DNA from: Promethearchaeota archaeon
Lineage (GTDB): Archaea; Asgardarchaeota; Lokiarchaeia; Sigyniarchaeales; SOKP01
Length of the DNA: 64,000 nt
Direction: 5' to 3'
Assembly: GCA_019057795.1 (NCBI GenBank)
Contig: JAHLWS010000031.1
Span: 1 to 64,000, forward strand
Each line of letters starts with the position of its first letter. Within the stretch, counting starts at the first letter, position 1. Below are positions 59,827-64,000 of the stretch, piece after piece. The notes under the pieces are model-generated. The model was not told where the DNA came from. It saw only the letters and a program-made list of their open reading frames with translations, and searched no databases. Position numbers and translations under genes: made by a program.

Positions 59827-61118
59827 CAATTACAGAAAAGAAATCTGATAAAATTAGTCACAAAATTAAAATTTTGACAGGAAACCATGCAGCAGCTCAA
59901 GCTCTCAGGCAAGCTAAAGTAGGCGTCATTGCGGCGTACCCAATAACCCCTCAAAGTCCGGTAGTCGAAAAAATAGCGGAATTTATTTCGAAAGGCAAAA
60001 TGAATACCCGTTTTGTTAAAGTAGAATCCGAGCATTCTGCATTAGCGGTATGTTGCGCGGCTTCGGCTACAGGATCAAGAGTGGGCACGGCAACATCATC
60101 TCACGGATTGATGTTGATGTATGAAATGCTACCGTGGGCTGCAGGCAACAGATTACCGATAATAATAAATTTGGCAACTAGAGCAACAGGAGCCCCTTGG
60201 TCGGTTTGGACGGATCACCAAGACTTTATTACTATGCGTGATGTTGGTTGGATTCAAATGTTTTGCCTGGATAATCAAGAAATTTACGATACAAATATCC
60301 AGGCTTTTAGAATTGCGGAAGATCCAAGAGTTTTTCTTCCAGCAGTGGTAGCTTATGATGGTTATATATTGTCCCATACTATGATGCCCGTAATTCTAGA
60401 AAAACAAGAAGATATTGATGTTTTTCTACCTCCTCTAAAACATCATATAAATTTATCAGATATGTCTCAAGTGAAGGGTATCGATCCTGTCACCACGCCT
60501 CATTTAATAGATCGGGGTGAAGAAGGAATCGCTCCCGGGTATTTTGAATATAGATATGCGATGCAAAAAGCTCTTGAAAATTCGATTGAAGTGATCAAAG
60601 AGGTTCATGACGAATTTGCCGACAAATTTGGGCGATCTTACGGAAATGGAATTTACAAGACACACTTAACTGAAGATGCGGATACTATTATTTTTGCAAT
60701 GGGTTCAGTAGCTTCTCAAGCTCGAAATGTGATTAAAAAACTTCGAAAAGACGGGTTAAAAGTTGGTTTAGTGAGCTTGAAGCTATTTAGACCGTTTCCC
60801 GTTTCGTATTTAAGAGAGTTTTTCAAAAATAAAAAGCAAGTTGTCGTTTTTGATAGGGATATTGGTTATGGATACGAAGGCGTGTTATCATACGAGTTGA
60901 AAGCTGCTTTATATGGTTTGAAAAATAGCCCCTTTATTAAAGGATTTATAGTAGGGTTAGGAGGTAGAGATATTACTGACCAACATATTATAAAGGGCGT
61001 GTATAAAGCAATTGAAGAATCCGAAATAGGGATAATATCACATAAAACAGATTTTATTGGTTTAAGATTGGAACAGTTAGGTGATTATGACGAATCAGAA
61101 TATTTCAAAGGAGGTTAA
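59823..61118 (+). CDS. porA: 2-oxoacid:ferredoxin oxidoreductase alpha subunit
   Basis: YPITPQ, ESEHSA, DGYILSH, GLGGRD. Confidence 0.94.
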   Translation: MTITEKKSDKISHKIKILTGNHAAAQALRQAKVGVIAAYPITPQSPVVEKIAEFISKGKMNTRFVKVESEHSALAVCCAASATGSRVGTATSSHGLMLMYEMLPWAAGNRLPIIINLATRATGAPWSVWTDHQDFITMRDVGWIQMFCLDNQEIYDTNIQAFRIAEDPRVFLPAVVAYDGYILSHTMMPVILEKQEDIDVFLPPLKHHINLSDMSQVKGIDPVTTPHLIDRGEEGIAPGYFEYRYAMQKALENSIEVIKEVHDEFADKFGRSYGNGIYKTHLTEDADTIIFAMGSVASQARNVIKKLRKDGLKVGLVSLKLFRPFPVSYLREFFKNKKQVVVFDRDIGYGYEGVLSYELKAALYGLKNSPFIKGFIVGLGGRDITDQHIIKGVYKAIEESEIGIISHKTDFIGLRLEQLGDYDESEYFKGG

Positions 61119-61124
61119 GATATA

Positions 61125-62024
61125 TTGGTTAAATTAATGGATATACCTGAAGAAGAATATATTTACCCCGGTACTAGAGCTTGCGCAGGATGTTCAATGG
61201 CGTTAATATATAGAATTGCTCTAAAAGCCCTTGGACCAAAAACAATTATTACTGTACCCGCTTCGTGCTTAACTGTTTTACACGGAATGCAAGGGTTTTG
61301 TACCACTAAAGTTTCTGTGCTTCATACTCCTTTTGCCACTACGGGCGCTTCTGCATCTGGAATTGTAGCTTCACTTGAAGATAAGGGATTAGCCGACGAT
61401 GTTAATGTCGTTGCGTTTGCGGGGGATGGAGGGACTGTAGATATTGGAATTCAGAGTTTGAGCGGAGCGGTTGAGAGAGGAACCAACTTTATTTTTGTAT
61501 GTTATGATAACGAGGCGTATATGAATACAGGAGTTCAAAGAAGTGGAAGTACACCACCTGGTGCTTTTAGCACAACAACTCCTAATGGTAAAGTGGGGTA
61601 TAAAAAAAACATGGCTAAAATTATGGAAGCACACGGTATCCCTTACGTTGCAACAGCTATTTCGTCGTATCCGCTTGATATATACGATAAATTTAAGAAC
61701 GCTCAAAATACTTACGGTCCAAAATATCTACACATTCTTGCTCCTTGCCCTCCGGGATGGGGATATAATCCAAAAGATTCAATTGAGATCGGGAGATTAG
61801 CTGTTCAAACGGGTTTCTGGCCATTATATGAAGTAATTAATGGTAAGTTTATTTTATCAAAAGATAGTAAAAGATTTTTAGACCCAACAAAACGCAAACC
61901 TATTGAGGAATATTTAAAAATCCAAAAAAGATTTAGAACCGTCTCTGATAGCCAAATTGAGAATTATAGACAATATATTAGTGATCAATGGGAATCAATT
62001 AAAGAAAGAATTGAAAAAAAATAA
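61125..62024 (+). CDS. porB: 2-oxoacid:ferredoxin oxidoreductase beta subunit
   Basis: ACAGC, GDGG..DIG, DNEAYMNTG, PCPPGW. Confidence 0.94.
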   Translation: MVKLMDIPEEEYIYPGTRACAGCSMALIYRIALKALGPKTIITVPASCLTVLHGMQGFCTTKVSVLHTPFATTGASASGIVASLEDKGLADDVNVVAFAGDGGTVDIGIQSLSGAVERGTNFIFVCYDNEAYMNTGVQRSGSTPPGAFSTTTPNGKVGYKKNMAKIMEAHGIPYVATAISSYPLDIYDKFKNAQNTYGPKYLHILAPCPPGWGYNPKDSIEIGRLAVQTGFWPLYEVINGKFILSKDSKRFLDPTKRKPIEEYLKIQKRFRTVSDSQIENYRQYISDQWESIKERIEKK

Positions 62025-62138
62025 CTTATTTTCAACAGATTTTTTTTAGTTATTTTAATTTTTTCTAATTTTATTATTTTAACAACATAGTATAGATATA
62101 GAAAAAAATATAAATTATTTAGAGTTAAAAATTATTGA

Positions 62139-62930
62139 TTGTCTATGCTGAAGACATACATTTTCAACGAACCTAATAAAAGCTGGGTCGAGGAAAACAC
62201 AAGCTTACTTTACCACGATTTATGCGCTATTTTGGATGAAGAGCGTAAAATTATCTATTTATGGAACGGACCAAAAAGCTCTAAAGAAAGGTTTAATAGA
62301 GGATATAAATTGTTAGAAAATTTAATGTCCAACTATCCTCACATACATTTCCAATTATCTATTTTAAAGAAAGATATTCCAGATTATGTTCAAAATAAAT
62401 TGGATTTAATGTTAAAAGAAATAAAACAAGAAGACGAAAGAGAGCACCAGAAGTTTACAAGATTTATTACATTAAGGTTATATTTTATTTTTCTAGTAGT
62501 GTCTTTGATTTTACCGATATTTTCTGCTTTAAATTTATGTTTTTCTTTGTCTTGGACGAATATTAGCAATAATTTTGAGGTTAGTGCGGATTTGTACCGT
62601 AATTGGCTCTATATTTCGTATATATTAATAATAATTTCGTTGATTTCTTTTGTTATTATTACTGCGATTGGTATATTTGAGATCGAACATCAAGCTATTG
62701 TTTTTTCCTTAATAGGCGTGATAATTTGCAGCGGAATAGCGTTTTATCTACAACAAGGAATTTTCTTGTTTTTATTCCAAGGAGGATCAACCGCTTCAAT
62801 TTATTATATCAAACAAAATGATATCTTTATATTTTTAATTGTAATTATTACAAGCATTATGATTTTTGAGCTTCCAAACGCTAAAAAACTAATCACATTC
62901 ATTAAAGCCTACAGAAAATATATTTTTTGA
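62139..62930 (+). CDS. Gelsolin-like N-terminal domain fused to about four TM helices
   Basis: DLCAILDEERKIIYLWNGPKSSKER resembles the gelsolin-repeat core; hydrophobic C-terminal half. Confidence 0.6.
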   Translation: MSMLKTYIFNEPNKSWVEENTSLLYHDLCAILDEERKIIYLWNGPKSSKERFNRGYKLLENLMSNYPHIHFQLSILKKDIPDYVQNKLDLMLKEIKQEDEREHQKFTRFITLRLYFIFLVVSLILPIFSALNLCFSLSWTNISNNFEVSADLYRNWLYISYILIIISLISFVIITAIGIFEIEHQAIVFSLIGVIICSGIAFYLQQGIFLFLFQGGSTASIYYIKQNDIFIFLIVIITSIMIFELPNAKKLITFIKAYRKYIF

Positions 62931-63027
62931 TTTGCTAAGTTTCAATTTTAAAGAAATGTTTTAAAATATTAATTAAATAATTTTTAGATAAGTGTCTTAA
63001 ACTAAAAAAAATATTAAGATAATCAAA

Positions 63028-63915
63028 ATGGCCGAAGCAGCAAAATTACTGGAGAAAAAAAAGCTGGATAAGGAAGATTTAAGAATTTTAATGGGAATTG
63101 AGATCGGAATGAAAAGATCTAAATATGTTACGGTAAATAACATAAAATTCTATTCTAGGAATCCAATAGAAGAAACCTTATTTCGTCTTAAAAAGGTACA
63201 TAAATTAGATTTAATAGTAAGAGATTCTTCTAAAAATGATATAGCATATACCCTTAATTCTATTGGTTACGACGTACTAGGTCTTCACACCTTGGTTGAG
63301 AGAGAGATAATTAGTAAGTTAGGACCTATAATAGGTAAAGGAAAAGAATCAGATGTCTATGGTTGTATGGACGATAACGAAAATATTTACGCTTTAAAAA
63401 TATATAGGATGGGAAGGACCAGTTTTAAAAACATTAAGATGTTAAGAAGCTTTCTTGGTAACCGAAAACATTTATCTTGGTTGTATGTTAACAGACTTGC
63501 TGCTAAAAAGGAATTTGACGCTTTAAGTAAAATCTACGAACTTAAATTAGATACCCCTAAACCAATAGGATTTAATCGACATATGATAGTAATGTCATAC
63601 TTAAGAGGAAAAGAATTAGCGTATTATCAAAATCTTAAAAATCCAAGTAAGATTTTTAACAAGATCATCAAACAAATTAAAATAATTTATCAAAAAGCAA
63701 ACATGATCCATGGAGATCTAGGAGAATTCAATATAGTAATAGATAATAAAGGAAATATATTAATAATCGATTGGCTACAATGGATTCCGTCAGATCACCC
63801 AAACGCAAGATCAATTTTAGAAAGAGATATTGGAAATCTGTGTAACTTCTTTCAAAAGAAATACCATATAGAAAGCAACCCTGTAGAGATTATTCAATCA
63901 TTTAAAAAAAGGTAA
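63028..63915 (+). CDS. rio2: RIO2 atypical protein kinase
   Basis: N-terminal wHTH, GKGKESDVY, GRTSF, IHGDLGEFNI, IIDW. Confidence 0.94.
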   Translation: MAEAAKLLEKKKLDKEDLRILMGIEIGMKRSKYVTVNNIKFYSRNPIEETLFRLKKVHKLDLIVRDSSKNDIAYTLNSIGYDVLGLHTLVEREIISKLGPIIGKGKESDVYGCMDDNENIYALKIYRMGRTSFKNIKMLRSFLGNRKHLSWLYVNRLAAKKEFDALSKIYELKLDTPKPIGFNRHMIVMSYLRGKELAYYQNLKNPSKIFNKIIKQIKIIYQKANMIHGDLGEFNIVIDNKGNILIIDWLQWIPSDHPNARSILERDIGNLCNFFQKKYHIESNPVEIIQSFKKR

Positions 63916-64000
63916 ATTTAGAATTAATGCTTATTAAGACTTCCATGAATAATCACATCTTCTATATTCTCTAAAAACTCAGTCTTAAGGTCTATTGTAT

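Noticed and set aside
1681-61800. Many antisense or nested ORFs in the track (e.g. 1681-2031, 8455-8679, 21303-21617, 53537-54025, 56909-57331, 59571-60035)
   Set aside because: They are shadows of well-supported genes on the other strand or frame and have no motifs.
1-64000. CRISPR arrays, rRNA genes, transposases or integrases
   Set aside because: No regularly spaced repeats, rRNA-like GC-rich tracts or recombinase motifs were seen by eye.

Overview
AT-rich archaeal chromosomal window, almost certainly from an Asgard archaeon of the Lokiarchaeia type. The evidence is a lokiactin, two Rab-like small GTPases, an LRR protein and a gelsolin-like protein, alongside archaeal housekeeping genes (rpoK, hef, EF-1beta, rio2, guaAB). 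It also carries a phosphate-transport cluster, tldD/pmbA, a ~13 kb hdrCBA-mvhD-flxDCBA-frhB electron-bifurcation cluster, catalase, msrA, mutS/mutL, fatty-acid metabolism genes and a por operon split by a PAS histidine kinase. The most striking observation is a UDP-glucuronate decarboxylase-like gene (6627-7728, minus strand) broken by a 31-nt hairpin insert (7169-7199). Cutting at the canonical bulge-helix-bulge positions removes exactly this insert and restores the conserved GHVNPVGPRSCYDESKR frame, making it a candidate tRNA-endonuclease-spliced mRNA intron. About 7 kb away, a tRNA-Val(CAC) carries a near-identically built 32-nt BHB intron at the non-canonical 44/45 position. Other leads are three tandem 8-Cys microproteins, a membrane-anchored gelsolin-like protein, a GTPase with no standard start codon, and a frameshifted Vsr-like endonuclease behind the tRNA. 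All calls are by eye from motifs; no database searches were run.
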